Position numbers and translations under genes: made by a program
The notes under the pieces: model-generated
What the model was told of the DNA's origin: nothing
The model's database searches: none
Seen by the model: only the letters and a program-made list of their open reading frames with translations
Part shown: positions 11,404 to 22,200 of the stretch, piece after piece
Numbering within the stretch: position 1 is the first letter of the stretch
Layout: every line of letters begins with the position of its first letter
Assembly: GCA_044376115.1 (NCBI GenBank)
Contig: JBILLK010000024.1
Coordinates: 96,001 to 160,000 of the forward strand
Origin: Polyangiaceae bacterium
GTDB lineage: Bacteria; Myxococcota_A; Polyangia; Polyangiales; Polyangiaceae
DNA: 64,000 nt
Reading direction: 5' to 3'

Positions 11404-11793
11404 TCAGCGGTCTCGCTCGTTCTTCAGCATCGTCGTCTCGCCGCAGAATACCAGCGGCGAGCTATCCGGGTTCTTCGCCGCGAAGGCCTTCGCGAACGAA
11501 TTGCAATCGCTTCCGCTCTTGCAGCGCACTCCCACCGCCTCGGTGGTGCCGGACTTGCCTGGATAGGCAAGCTCCCACGAGACCACGGTAACCTCGATCG
11601 GAAGTCGACTGGCCGAGGCAAAATTGCGGATGCGCTCAGCCGGTGCGTTGTCGCCCGTTCCACCGAGTAGAATCGCTCGCGCGCTACTGCACTCCGATTT
11701 GGTCTCGGTCACGTTGCCTGCGAGCGCGGGGAGCGCCACCGCCAACGTCAGCATTGAAGCCACCACAACCACGCTGCGAATCTTCGAAATCAT
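11404..11793 (-). CDS. Secreted hypothetical protein (129 aa)
   Basis: ATG 11793 with GGAGG RBS; signal peptide ending ALA-G; 4 Cys. Confidence 0.65.
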   Translation of the reverse strand: MISKIRSVVVVASMLTLAVALPALAGNVTETKSECSSARAILLGGTGDNAPAERIRNFASASRLPIEVTVVSWELAYPGKSGTTEAVGVRCKSGSDCNSFAKAFAAKNPDSSPLVFCGETTMLKNERDR

Positions 11794-11938
11794 CGAGCTA
11801 TTTCCTCCCGCCCAGGAGCTGCTCTCGCTGGGCTCCCTCGATACGCCTGGCGGCGTTCGCGCCTTCCCAACCTCGAGCAAGCGGCGAACGAACCCGCGGC
11901 GTCTTGTATGTTCGCGGCGGAACGCCGACAATCCGCTG

Positions 11939-12643
11939 GTGAAGTCCACCTGTACCTGGTTCCTGCTTTCGGTGGCGTTGGGCTGTGCCAGCAACGTCGA
12001 GCGACAAACCGGTGGTTCGGATAGCACCTCCGATTCCGGAGGTGCCTCGGCGGGCGGCGCCAGCTCGATCTCCGCCAGCAGCAGCAGCAGCAGCGGCGGT
12101 TCGAACGTAGCCGGCAGCGCCGGGGACGGCGGCAGCGTTGGCGACGGTGGTAGCTCGAGCTCGGGCCAAACCATCTGCAACGACTTCGGCTCAGAATGCA
12201 CCGCGTGCGTCGCCGTTGAGTGCCCGGTTGATTGGTGCAACTGCGTGGCCAACCCCGATTGCCTCGCCTTGTTTCCCTGTGCGGCGGATTGCAACGGCGA
12301 CCAAGCGTGCAACCAACAGTGCCTCAGCACTCATGAGGCAGGAGCGTCAGCCGCTTTGTTAGTCGCGAGCTGCAGTGGTGGCCCCTGTGCAACTAGCTGC
12401 CCGAACGGCGGGGAACAGGCTGGCCCATGTGAAGAGTGCCTCTACCAACAGTGCGAAGACATCACTAATAGCTGCTTCGCCGAGCCTGCCTGCTTCGGAC
12501 TTTGGAATTGTCTCAAAGCCTGCCCCGACGCCGATCTGGAGTGCCAAAACGGCTGCTACAACACGCACGAGCAAGGCATCGACGAGCTGCAGGCGGTGAT
12601 CGATTGCGCTGGCTCGACCTGCGATTCATCGTGCCCCAACTGA
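11939..12643 (+). CDS. Cys-rich myxobacterial lipoprotein
   Basis: GTG 11939; lipobox VALGC; Gly/Ser linker; two CxxC-rich repeats (CTACVAVEC / CEECLYQQC). Confidence 0.75.
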   Translation: MKSTCTWFLLSVALGCASNVERQTGGSDSTSDSGGASAGGASSISASSSSSSGGSNVAGSAGDGGSVGDGGSSSSGQTICNDFGSECTACVAVECPVDWCNCVANPDCLALFPCAADCNGDQACNQQCLSTHEAGASAALLVASCSGGPCATSCPNGGEQAGPCEECLYQQCEDITNSCFAEPACFGLWNCLKACPDADLECQNGCYNTHEQGIDELQAVIDCAGSTCDSSCPN

Positions 12644-12787
12644 GCTCTGCGCAAAGCTTGCGTCGCACACGCAAAGACGCGCAGGCCCTCAGTCTCTAGC
12701 CACGAATCTTCAACTCTCGAGAATCCTTTGTTCGGCCAGCGACTCTTACCTGCAGACCCAAACAGAAAGGGTCTGGAGGCTGAGACC

Positions 12788-12997
12788 ATGTTGGAACGCA
12801 TTTTCCCCAATAATGAGCACGTCGTGGAGCGCATGCTGCGCGTGGTGATTGGCCTTGCCGTCATCTCGCTCGCATTTGTAGGCCCGCAGACGCCCTGGGC
12901 TTGGTTCGGCTTGGTTCCCCTCGCCACGGGTATTCTCGGGAGTTGCCCACTCTATACGCTCTTCGGCATCAGCACCTGTCGGGTCAAAGCTCGCTAA
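12788..12997 (+). CDS. DUF2892 / YgaP-like transmembrane protein
   Basis: NEHVVERMLRVVIG...GLVPLATGILGSCPLYTLFGISTC; GGAGG RBS. Confidence 0.9.
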   Translation: MLERIFPNNEHVVERMLRVVIGLAVISLAFVGPQTPWAWFGLVPLATGILGSCPLYTLFGISTCRVKAR

Positions 12998-13014
12998 GGC
13001 TGATGCGGGCATAG

Positions 13015-13596
13015 ATGGTGCTACTGGACGGCGCAATGAACGAGCTGGAGTCAGACGCTGGGGATCGCGAGGCACTCGCCGAGGTTGCGATCCCCAATTC
13101 TCACGGGCTTGAGAAGCTGCTGAACCGTCACGGGCCAGCGCTATTGCGCTATCTGCGGACGCTTCTCCCAGCTTCCGCTGCAGAGGATGCGCTGCAGGAG
13201 ACCTTCCTCGCCGTCTTCCGCGGAGCGCAGGGCTTTCGCGGTGAAGGAAGCGTGCGCGGCTGGCTTTACACCATTGCTCGCAATACGGCGTTCAAACTAC
13301 GCCGTCATCAGCGTGAAGAGCCGAAGGACCTCGAGGATATTGATGCTCTTGGCACCGCTGCGGGCTGGGGAGCGTCAGAGCGGCCAGATGATCTGCTTTC
13401 GACGCAAGAGCAGCATCAGGCGCTCGCTACAGCGCTCACCCAGCTGGACCCATTCGATCAAGAGATCTTGGTCTTACGCGACATGGACGGGCTTTCCGGC
13501 GAGGAGACTGCAAAGATATTGGGTATTGGACTACCTGCAGCGAAGAGTCGACTTCATCGAGCACGACTCAAATTGATTGGAGCCTTGCCGCGATGA
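13015..13596 (+). CDS. ECF RNA polymerase sigma factor
   Basis: AEDALQETFL, WLYTIARN (region 2); LRDMDGLSGEETAKILG...KSRLHRAR (region 4). Confidence 0.92.
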   Translation: MVLLDGAMNELESDAGDREALAEVAIPNSHGLEKLLNRHGPALLRYLRTLLPASAAEDALQETFLAVFRGAQGFRGEGSVRGWLYTIARNTAFKLRRHQREEPKDLEDIDALGTAAGWGASERPDDLLSTQEQHQALATALTQLDPFDQEILVLRDMDGLSGEETAKILGIGLPAAKSRLHRARLKLIGALPR

Positions 13597-13853
13597 ACCT
13601 CAATCGACGCGTTGGTAGCTTTACTTGTGCAGAGGTGCTTGCCCGGCTATCCGCCTACTTGGATGGAGAGCTCGCCGAGTCGGAGCTCACGCAACTCGCT
13701 GAGCACGTGCAGGGCTGCTCGACCTGCGAGACCTTTGGCGCCCGCTTCGGCCGCATCATCAAGGAGCTGCGTGGGCAACCACTGCCGGCGCTCGACGAGG
13801 CCGCAAAGGCGCGCGTTCTCAAGCTGTGCACGGAGAGCAACCGAGAAGGTTGA
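13593..13853 (+). CDS. Soluble zinc-binding anti-sigma factor (zf-HC2)
   Basis: C...LSAYLDGEL...HVQGCSTC (HxxxCxxC); ATGA overlap with the sigma gene; no TM segment. Confidence 0.88.
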   Translation: MNLNRRVGSFTCAEVLARLSAYLDGELAESELTQLAEHVQGCSTCETFGARFGRIIKELRGQPLPALDEAAKARVLKLCTESNREG

Positions 13854-13884
13854 CCCTTGTTTGCCGGCGGCCTCTCATCCTGCG

Positions 13885-15333
13885 GTGAGCCGCCTTCCAT
13901 CCCCAGAGCGAACGCAAATCGACGCCGTTCGCTGGAACGCACGGGTTTGCGCTGCAAGCCTCGCCCTCGGCGTCAGCTGCGCACCGCCGCAAGACCGGCC
14001 GCCCGCTCGCCAAGCGCTGCAAGCTGCGCCCAGCGCCGTTCGTCTTCCAACCGCGACGGCACAGCCGCAGTCGGCCGCTCCCCCCGACCTCGACCTCGAT
14101 GCAGGCGACCCGCGCAGGCCGGCTCCAACCTTGCGCTTCACGCTCGAGACCGCCAAACAGGCGCAACCCACCTTCATCGCGCCAGGGCCGGACGCGAGCG
14201 TTTGGTTCGTCGAAAGTTCAGGCCGCCTGCGCAAAGTCTCTGCAACAGGCACGGTCGAGCTTTCCACCGTGTTCGCAAAAGGCCAGTGGCTGCTGAGCGA
14301 CGCAGCTTCCTCCCCGACGGGAGAGCTGGCCCTGATCGGCCTATTCAACGAACTACAGCTCGGCGGAACGCGCGTCCCGCATCGTAAGGACTTTAGCGAC
14401 TTCTCCGGCCTCCGCGGCGCCTTCGTCGCGCGCTTGGATAACAATGCAAAACCGCTGTTCTTGCGCTCGCTCCCGTCCGCCATGCGGGAGGTGCTAGCGC
14501 TTGGCGAGAAGACGGTGCTCGCTGGCTTCGGCGGCGGCACGGCGAAGCCAGATGCCCCTGATCCGATCGAAAGCCTGCAAGGCTTCTTCCTCGCCGGGCT
14601 CGGTAAGGACGGCGCGGCGCAATGGGCTAACAGCACCGACCCAGGGCAACTACGCGCTAGCGGTGACGGTTTTACCTTTATATCGTCAAGCACTGGCTCA
14701 CACGTGGAGGTCTCCAGCTGGTCGCAAGAGGGCACACAGATGGCGAGCCACCGCGTGCCTTACAAGGCGCGCATCGACCACGCCGCTGCGCATCGTGGTC
14801 AGGTGGCCTTGGGCTTCGAGATGTTGGCGAGCAGTGGCCCGCCCGACTTCGGCACAGGGCCGCTTCCGCGCGGTTTTGGTTTTGGCGTCGCACAACTGGG
14901 TATGGCGCCGGAGCCTGCGGTCGGTTGGATTCGCTTGTTCGACGGCGAGGCCCCGCGCAGGTTCCAAGAGCTGCTCAACGTGGCTCCGACGCCAGAAGGT
15001 GGCACCGTAGTCGCGACGCTCTGGCTCCACGCCGAGGCTGCCGAGCTACCGCCCGACACAGCGCCGCCTGTGAAGGGCGTCGCTGTCGACCTGGAGCTAC
15101 TTGAACTGGATGACCAAGGGCACCTCGCGTGGTCCTTGCGACAGCTTTTACCCGATAGCTGCCACGCTGGGCTGCAGGGGCAGGACGCCCCCACGACCAA
15201 CGTAACGGCGGATGTCCTCGTGACGAGCAACCGGGCGTACGTAGCCATCAATTGCGGCATGGTCGAGACCTACGCTGGAGCCTTTGGTGACAACCGCGCA
15301 TGGCTCTACGGTTGGCAACGCGAGCCTGAGTGA
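13885..15333 (+). CDS. Hypothetical lipoprotein, probable beta-propeller
   Basis: LALGVSC lipobox-like motif; repeated FVARLD / FLAGLG..G.AQW blade-like motifs. Start uncertain. Confidence 0.6.
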   Translation: MSRLPSPERTQIDAVRWNARVCAASLALGVSCAPPQDRPPARQALQAAPSAVRLPTATAQPQSAAPPDLDLDAGDPRRPAPTLRFTLETAKQAQPTFIAPGPDASVWFVESSGRLRKVSATGTVELSTVFAKGQWLLSDAASSPTGELALIGLFNELQLGGTRVPHRKDFSDFSGLRGAFVARLDNNAKPLFLRSLPSAMREVLALGEKTVLAGFGGGTAKPDAPDPIESLQGFFLAGLGKDGAAQWANSTDPGQLRASGDGFTFISSSTGSHVEVSSWSQEGTQMASHRVPYKARIDHAAAHRGQVALGFEMLASSGPPDFGTGPLPRGFGFGVAQLGMAPEPAVGWIRLFDGEAPRRFQELLNVAPTPEGGTVVATLWLHAEAAELPPDTAPPVKGVAVDLELLELDDQGHLAWSLRQLLPDSCHAGLQGQDAPTTNVTADVLVTSNRAYVAINCGMVETYAGAFGDNRAWLYGWQREPE

Positions 15334-15406
15334 CTCACCTTCCGCGCGATGGCGTCGCTGGAGGGTGCTAGCTTGGCCGCTACTCTCGCCCATGAAGGAT
15401 TTAGCT

Positions 15407-15934
15407 ATGAACGGTTTGGTTCAACGAGTCGGTGCGACGGTGGTCGCGATGGCAATCGGATGCAGCTCTTCCACGCCTCCAGGCGAATCTCCGCCGAGCG
15501 CCAAGAGCACCGCTACCGCACAGCAGACGGCAGCAGCGGTAGACGCCGGAACCGCTACCGCGCAAACGACCTCTATTGCACCAACGGCGACGGCAACCGC
15601 CGCTGACTCCGCTACCCCGAGCACGGCCGCGGGGCTATGCAAACTCGGGAAGAACTGGGACGCCTGTGCCGACCAGCAGGTTGAGCTGATCGGTGAAAAG
15701 GCCAAGATGGTCAGTGAACACCCAATGGCGACGATGCCCGGGTCCAAGCAGGTACAAGACTACATTGATACCGAGGGCCGCCAGGTGGTCGTACTCACCG
15801 AAAAGGCGATTGCCTGCAAGGGCAAGCTAACTGCCACGGGGACGCTGCGCTCGGTCAAGCTCGGCGGCGCTCCAGGGACGCGCGGGAGCTATGAGGGTTA
15901 CCGTTTGGACAACGCCGTCATCGTTTGCAGATAG
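15407..15934 (+). CDS. Hypothetical lipoprotein
   Basis: ATG 15407 with AAGGA RBS; MAIGC lipobox; Ala/Thr linker; small C-terminal domain. Confidence 0.7.
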   Translation: MNGLVQRVGATVVAMAIGCSSSTPPGESPPSAKSTATAQQTAAAVDAGTATAQTTSIAPTATATAADSATPSTAAGLCKLGKNWDACADQQVELIGEKAKMVSEHPMATMPGSKQVQDYIDTEGRQVVVLTEKAIACKGKLTATGTLRSVKLGGAPGTRGSYEGYRLDNAVIVCR

Positions 15935-15937
15935 CCA

Positions 15938-16915
15938 TTAACTCAGCTGATCGGCAAACATCGCGCAGTCGATGTGGCGGGGGTCGAAGGGCAGCGCGAG
16001 CATCTCGCGCCGCTCGTGCGGCTCGGCGTAGACCTCGACCCAGTCAGCGAAGCGAGTTGGGTAATAGTTTCGCTCGGCGACCAAACACTGACCGCGCTCC
16101 CACAAGTCGCTCACGCTGGAGAGCGCCTGCCGAGTCGGCTCGTGCAAGCAGCCGGCAATGGCTTTATCCACCGCCGAGCGACTAAAGACCGAACGAATCG
16201 AACCACCATTCGCTTGTTTGGGCGGACGGGGGAACCCGCCCATCCAGATAGGAACCTCCGCCAGCCTTTGACGAGCAAATGGGTCCACGGGTCGCCCGTC
16301 CAACCAAACGTTGAAGTGGATATGAGGGATACCCCAGGGGAAGGTGATAAAGCCGTCCAATCCACTATAGCCGGAAACGGCGAAGGGCTCGCCAGTGCGC
16401 AGGGGCTGTCCCACCTTCACCAAACTCCGCGCTAAGTGCGCGGAAGACGTGGTGAGACCATCGCCATGATCGATGGCGATTTTGAGCCCTCCGCGATTGA
16501 ACTCGCTCCACACCCGCGCAACGACGCCAGCAGCTGGTGCGCACACGAGCGAGCCAACCGGGATGCATAAGTCTGTCCCGTTGTGACTGTCATAGGTCGC
16601 CCCTAAACCGCGGAAGTCTTCAACCTGGGTGCGCTTGACGCTCCAGCCATTCGCCGTGGGCGTCTGCCGGTGATTGAACAGGTTCGTCAGGAGGGCTGTG
16701 CGGGGGACCACGAATCTCCCGCGCCAGAGCGGGATGCCCAGCCGCGGGCGCAACAAGGCCAGGCTCGATCGGTCGTAGTGCGACTTTGGGAGCTGCTCAC
16801 CGCCAGCAATCGCCAACATCGCTTGCCGCGCGCGTAGCGAAAGCGGCAAGAGCCCCATCGCTTCCGCCAAGGTGGGAGGGGCAAAGGACGTGGGCGGCGG
16901 CTCGGCGTTGGACAT
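15938..16915 (-). CDS. M23 family metallopeptidase
   Basis: YDSHNGTD (HxxxD), IAIDHGDG, AHL, PHIHF (HxH). Confidence 0.88.
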   Translation of the reverse strand: MSNAEPPPTSFAPPTLAEAMGLLPLSLRARQAMLAIAGGEQLPKSHYDRSSLALLRPRLGIPLWRGRFVVPRTALLTNLFNHRQTPTANGWSVKRTQVEDFRGLGATYDSHNGTDLCIPVGSLVCAPAAGVVARVWSEFNRGGLKIAIDHGDGLTTSSAHLARSLVKVGQPLRTGEPFAVSGYSGLDGFITFPWGIPHIHFNVWLDGRPVDPFARQRLAEVPIWMGGFPRPPKQANGGSIRSVFSRSAVDKAIAGCLHEPTRQALSSVSDLWERGQCLVAERNYYPTRFADWVEVYAEPHERREMLALPFDPRHIDCAMFADQLS

Positions 16916-17003
16916 GAGTTTGCGTTTCCTTGTGCGAGGCCGTGATCGAAACGGGCAATCGCGTCACCAATAGCTTGGGTCTCGCGACCTACAAAGGTCC
17001 CTC

Positions 17004-17822
17004 ATGCGAAGTTTAGCGACGAATAGCTCCACGATGCCGGACAGAGACCGATGGCGTATACCGTTTCCTAAGCTGCCGAGTTTCTTGAAGCCGGTAGCGG
17101 GCTATTGGGGGCTCGGCGGAGCCCCGCGGAGCTACGAGGAGCGCCACCGCTTCATGCAACAACACTTCCCCTCAGCGGTCGTGCGTCTACAGATCATGAT
17201 GTGTTTCGCAGCGCGAGCGCTGCCCGTTTTCGAGCAGGCGTTTCCGGAGGACGAACGGCCGCGGCAAGCCATGCTGGAGGCCTCGCGATACGCTCGACTA
17301 GCGGCCCCTACCGCAGTCGATCGCTCGAGGCTCCACAAGGCGCTCGACCTCGCCTACCGCGCAGCCGACAGCGCGCACGAATCCGCCTATGCCCCTTACG
17401 ATTCGCTCGGTATCGCGTCCGCCTTCGCGAATGGCTTTGATCGCCGCATCCGCGCGGGGATGGCGGCCTACGCCTGTGCGTCGCTCGACGCATTTTACGA
17501 GTCAGCGCCGCCGCCCGGCGCGAGCTCCACCTGGGCGGATGACGCAGCGCTCGCTTCCGAGGATCCCGCGGAGGAGCGCGAGAATCAGTCGCGACTCATC
17601 GCGCTCTTTCTGCCTGCTGGAGAGTGGTCAGCGAGCTGGTCCAGCGAGCGGCTTCGGAGCCTTGCGCAACTTGCAATGGAGGACGCCGAGCGCGCCGGCG
17701 AGCTGGCCGACGCACTCGAACAAGCAGGCTGCAAACATGAGTTCGTGTTGTCACCGCTGCGGCAGTGCCCGCAGCTGCTCTCCGCGGGGACGTGGCTATG
17801 GTCGAAGCTCTGCCCGAGCTGA
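17004..17822 (+). CDS. Hypothetical protein with Imm5-like region
   Basis: CFAARALPVFEQAFPEDERPRQA resembles the Imm5-like motif; C-terminal LADALEQAGC. Confidence 0.55.
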   Translation: MRSLATNSSTMPDRDRWRIPFPKLPSFLKPVAGYWGLGGAPRSYEERHRFMQQHFPSAVVRLQIMMCFAARALPVFEQAFPEDERPRQAMLEASRYARLAAPTAVDRSRLHKALDLAYRAADSAHESAYAPYDSLGIASAFANGFDRRIRAGMAAYACASLDAFYESAPPPGASSTWADDAALASEDPAEERENQSRLIALFLPAGEWSASWSSERLRSLAQLAMEDAERAGELADALEQAGCKHEFVLSPLRQCPQLLSAGTWLWSKLCPS

Positions 17823-17824
17823 AC

Positions 17825-19255
17825 TCACGGATCTTTGCAGCAGCGAAAGCCGATATTGGGTAGCAGGGTCGTCTCGACGGCGCGGGGCACGAGATCGATG
17901 GTGCAGGCGAGCCCCAACTCGGGGGATAGATAAGAGCCGCCGCTCAAGGCGAAGATGCGGTTGGGGCTGGGAGCTGCGTTGGTCTGGGTGCTCGTCCACT
18001 CGGCCAAGTTGCCAGAGGCGTCAAACACCGCCCCCGGCGTAGCGCAAGCGACCTCGGTGCCGGTGGGCATGGCCGCACCGATGACGTTGTCCACACCATT
18101 GCAGGTCGTCCCAACGTAGCCGTCGCCATAGGGGTAGTCCGTGTCGCCCGTGCCTCTACATGCCGCCTCGAGCTCATCCAAGGTACAAACGCGGAAGCCG
18201 GTTCCCCGGGCCTCACACCCAGCCTTGGCCTCCTCGAAGCCGGCCGCCGCCCATGGCAGCACATTGGGATTGGAGCAGGCGACGCTCTCGAGGAGCCCTG
18301 CAGAGCCAGCCTGGGCGTCGGGCCGAGAGGCTTCATAGCGATCAACCATCACCCCACCGCCGTTTGGGATGAGCACCATGCTGAAGGCGCTAGGCAATAG
18401 CCCATTATCCACGAGCCCATCACAATCGTTGTCGATGCCGTCGCAGGCCTCAGCTGCAGCCACGCCTGGCAGCGGCGGCGCGCTCAAGTCACACGTGGTC
18501 TTCTGCGGATCAACGGGGTCACAAACCACGAGACCAGCGTCTTGGCACTGCCCCAAGGCCAGATCGGTGCAGACGCTGCCCAACGCAGTAAACCACTCAT
18601 CAGCCGTGCCATCGCAGTTACCGTCGAGATTGTCGCACAGCGTCTCGGTCAGCCGAATGAAGCCCGAGACCGTCTCTACCTCCGGCGGGTACTCACAGGA
18701 CCAGCCGGTTTGCCCGTTGCAAACCACCAACGTGTTTTCGCAAGGCGTCCCCAACGTTGTATTGCAGAGAGCGTCGGGGACCTCCAAGTCCGGGTCGGCG
18801 GAGTCAATCAGTGAGTCGCAATCATTGTCGACTCCGTCGCACAACTCGACGCCGGGTACCGGCACCGGACAGGCGTACTCGCAGCCGTTCTGCGGTAAGC
18901 CATCAATATCGTATTGGCCTTCCAAACAGGCCTGTACGAGGCACTCACCGGCGAGGCAAAGCGGAATGGCGCCGGCGGGAGCACAAGGCACGCCGCAAGC
19001 GCCGCAGTTCTCGAGCGACATCTCGGTATCGCCGCAGTCCATCCCTCCGCCATTACCGCCGGTGATGAACCCGCCTCCGAAGGCGCCGCCGCTGCCCGCA
19101 GCAGCCCCCTCCCCTCCGCTGCCCCCGTTGGGCCCGCCACCAACACTCGAGCCGTCCTCGCATTCGGAGAAGCAGTAGGCCTTGATGTCGCAGCCTGCCG
19201 CAAAAAGCAGCAGCAGCCCGAGTGCACGCTTCGATCGCGCTGACGTGACGTTCAT
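17825..19255 (-). CDS. Lipoprotein with Cys-rich metal-binding repeats and a C-terminal FGE-sulfatase (SUMF1-like) domain
   Basis: FAAGC lipobox; ELCDGVDNDCD-type repeats; VDRYEAS, YPYG, DASGNLAEW, GGSY, NIGFRCC; ATGA overlap with the upstream gene. Confidence 0.85.
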   Translation of the reverse strand: MNVTSARSKRALGLLLLFAAGCDIKAYCFSECEDGSSVGGGPNGGSGGEGAAAGSGGAFGGGFITGGNGGGMDCGDTEMSLENCGACGVPCAPAGAIPLCLAGECLVQACLEGQYDIDGLPQNGCEYACPVPVPGVELCDGVDNDCDSLIDSADPDLEVPDALCNTTLGTPCENTLVVCNGQTGWSCEYPPEVETVSGFIRLTETLCDNLDGNCDGTADEWFTALGSVCTDLALGQCQDAGLVVCDPVDPQKTTCDLSAPPLPGVAAAEACDGIDNDCDGLVDNGLLPSAFSMVLIPNGGGVMVDRYEASRPDAQAGSAGLLESVACSNPNVLPWAAAGFEEAKAGCEARGTGFRVCTLDELEAACRGTGDTDYPYGDGYVGTTCNGVDNVIGAAMPTGTEVACATPGAVFDASGNLAEWTSTQTNAAPSPNRIFALSGGSYLSPELGLACTIDLVPRAVETTLLPNIGFRCCKDP

Positions 19256-22200
19256 CGACCACCTCGCTTGCGCGCTAGCGCCAACCCGAGCACCGCCAAG
19301 AGCAACCAACCAAACTTGTTGTCCCCGGTCGGGCTCGTTGAACAGCCGCCACCGCCCGTAGCAAGGCCCCAATTGCCCTTGGCCCCGATACCGCCCTCTC
19401 CACCAGAACCACCCTCGCCGCCGCCTGCGCTTTGGCTCGAGCCGGCAGAACCGCCAGCGTTGTTACCACCGGAGAAGGCACCGCCGGTTCCGCTACCACC
19501 CATTCCGCCTTGCCCGCCACCACCAGCGGCATCGATACACACACCACCCTCGCAGACCTCCCCCGGCTCGCAGACAACGCCATTGCAGCTAATCGGGAAG
19601 CAGAAGCCTTGCTGACACTCAAAGCCGTTGGGGCAAGGGAACTCGCCGGATTGGCAAGGAGCCACACACTGCGCCTCGACGCATTGAGTCTTGCCCGGGC
19701 ACGGCGCCAAGTCATCGGCGATGCCGTCACAATCATCGTCCTCACCGTTGCAGATCTCATTACCGGGCCCTTGGAAGCCAATGCACAACGGGCCAGCGTT
19801 GATGCACACCACGGTGCCGAGCTGACAGGGCGCCTGATCATTGGGCGGCGTCAGAACCCCGCATGGCTGACCAAAGATGTCTGGCTGGTTGGTCTCGACG
19901 TCGCCCTGCTCGTCAATCGCTAGATCGCAATCGTTGTCGAGCCCGTCACAGATCTCGGTCCCGGGAACGCAGTTGGGACACGGCAATGGCAAACCTGCGT
20001 CGTCCTCGTCAACGAGGCCGTCACAGTCGTCGTCCAGCTGATTACAAATCTCCATCCCGGGCACACCACCCGGATTGGTGATTTGGCACTCGGTGCCACT
20101 GCCATCCGCTTTGCAGACGAACTCGCCGATACCCAGGCAAATACCCAGCTCTCCGTCGGTGCAAGGCAGCCCCTTCTCGGGGAAATCTTCGTCGACCAGC
20201 GTATCGCAATCATCGTCGAGGTCGTTGCACAGCTCGAACTTCTGATTCGCGCCGATGATCGTCGCCAGCGCGTTGGCTAGCTCATTCTCCGACGAAACGA
20301 AAAAGGCCTGGGTGGTACCGCCCGCAGCGGCGATCGCGTTGAGCTGGGTCTGCTCCGAGGCCAACACCGAGAAGCCGATCACGTAGGTCTGGACCGGCTT
20401 GCCTGAGATACCGGCGAGCAGCGCGGCTGCCGAAGCTACAGGGTTATCACCGCAGCTCTCGGCGCCGTCGGTCAGCAGGATGACCGAGTACGACCGACAG
20501 TCTTTGGCGGTATCGCAAGACACCACCGGAGTAAGGAAGTCATAGGTCGCTTCGAGCGAGCTACCGAGCGGCGTGGGCCCCGTCCCGCGCAACTCACAAT
20601 TACCCGTGGGGCAGTGGTCGGCAGAGAGGATACCGCTGTCGAACGTGGCGTCGTTGTCCTCGACGCCGTCGAGCCAGTCGAGATAACGATTGATACTCTC
20701 GTTGAAGCCGACGAGAACCTGCGCCCCGCGGCGCGGCGGCCCGCACGAGCCTGCGTAGTTGATGCAATCACTCGTCGGCGGTTCCTCGATCCCTTCGGCG
20801 GCCCAGTCGATGCTGATGTTGCCGGTAAAGGTTGGAGTCGCGGGGTAGCCCGCTCCCGGGTAGATGCTCGAGAGTACGCAGGTATTGTCCGGGTAGTTCG
20901 ACGGATAGCCCGGTACAAGGTTGTCGGTCGGGTCGTCGTAGGAACAACAACTCGCAGCACACTCAAAGTTGGAGGCGGTCTGACACGAGCGATTGACGCC
21001 TACGTCTTGGTAGTAGCGAGCCAACGCAAAGTCGCTCTCCGGGAACGCCGAGAGCACCGAGGTCAGGGCGCGCTTGGCGATGAACAAGCGGCTGTTGTTG
21101 CCCGCAACGCTATCGGCGTCACTGGCGGTATCCACACCGGGAAAGAGCACCGAGCCATCGCCGAAGGTTGGGTTGCCGCCAATGTCGTTGAGCATGGACC
21201 CGGACGTATCGACGACGAGCGTGAAGCGCGGCCGCGCGTCGGTCGCCTGCACGAGGCACGGCGTTGGGTCGCTGTAGTCGCACAAGAGCGGAACCCCGCC
21301 AGCGCAAGCGTTGATGGTCGAGCCGTCTGGACAGATCTGGACGCCAAGGTTCTCGTCGACCTGGCCGTCGAAGTCGTTGTCGTAGCCGTCACAGACCTCA
21401 CCGATGTAGCCGCCGTCGATCTGGAGCTCACCAGCCCCGCCGCCAGCCTCGCCCGCGCAGATGGGGCAGATGCCGCCAGGCGCGCCGCGGACGTTGAAGA
21501 TGGCGAGCGGGTCGATATCGGAGGAACGCGACTGGAGGTTGATAATGCCGCCCCCACCGCCGCCGGCACAGTCGTCACAGGTGCCGTTGTTTTGTGTTCC
21601 AACGCACTCGCGTTCGTTCTCGCCTGGATCGAACGGAGAGCACTGATCGGCAGCATCCGCACAAACGTTGCCGAGGTCACCGCCGAGATTTTTGCAGGTC
21701 TGCCCCAACAGGGTTTCGCATTGTGCGTTGCTGGTGCAGGGGGTGCAGTTGCAGGGACCGCAGCGACCAGCTTGGCAAGTCTGCCCCGCCTGGCACTGGG
21801 CGTTGGTGGTGCACGGTAAACACTTGGGCTGAGAGTCTCCACCGCGTCCACCATGAGCGCTGATGCGCGCTGTGGCATCGACAGTGATTTGGTCGGCGAC
21901 GATTAGAATGCTTCCGCCGGCACCTCCGCCCGCCGAGTCATTGCCGGAAGAGCAGCCGCGATGGCCGTCCGCGTTGACTTTACCTGCTATTGAGATGGAA
22001 CCGTTCTGGGCAGCGTTGGCAGCGAAAAGTACGATACGGCCACCACCGCGGCCAGCCCGCAGGGCGTTGTCGAAGCCATCGCGACAGCCTTTGTCTCCTC
22101 CTGCCGCACCAAACTCTATATCGTAAATACTGTGCTCAAAGGACTGGCCGGCGACGCTTGGCAAGCCGTTACCAGCACCGTTGACGTTGGTGGTGCCATA

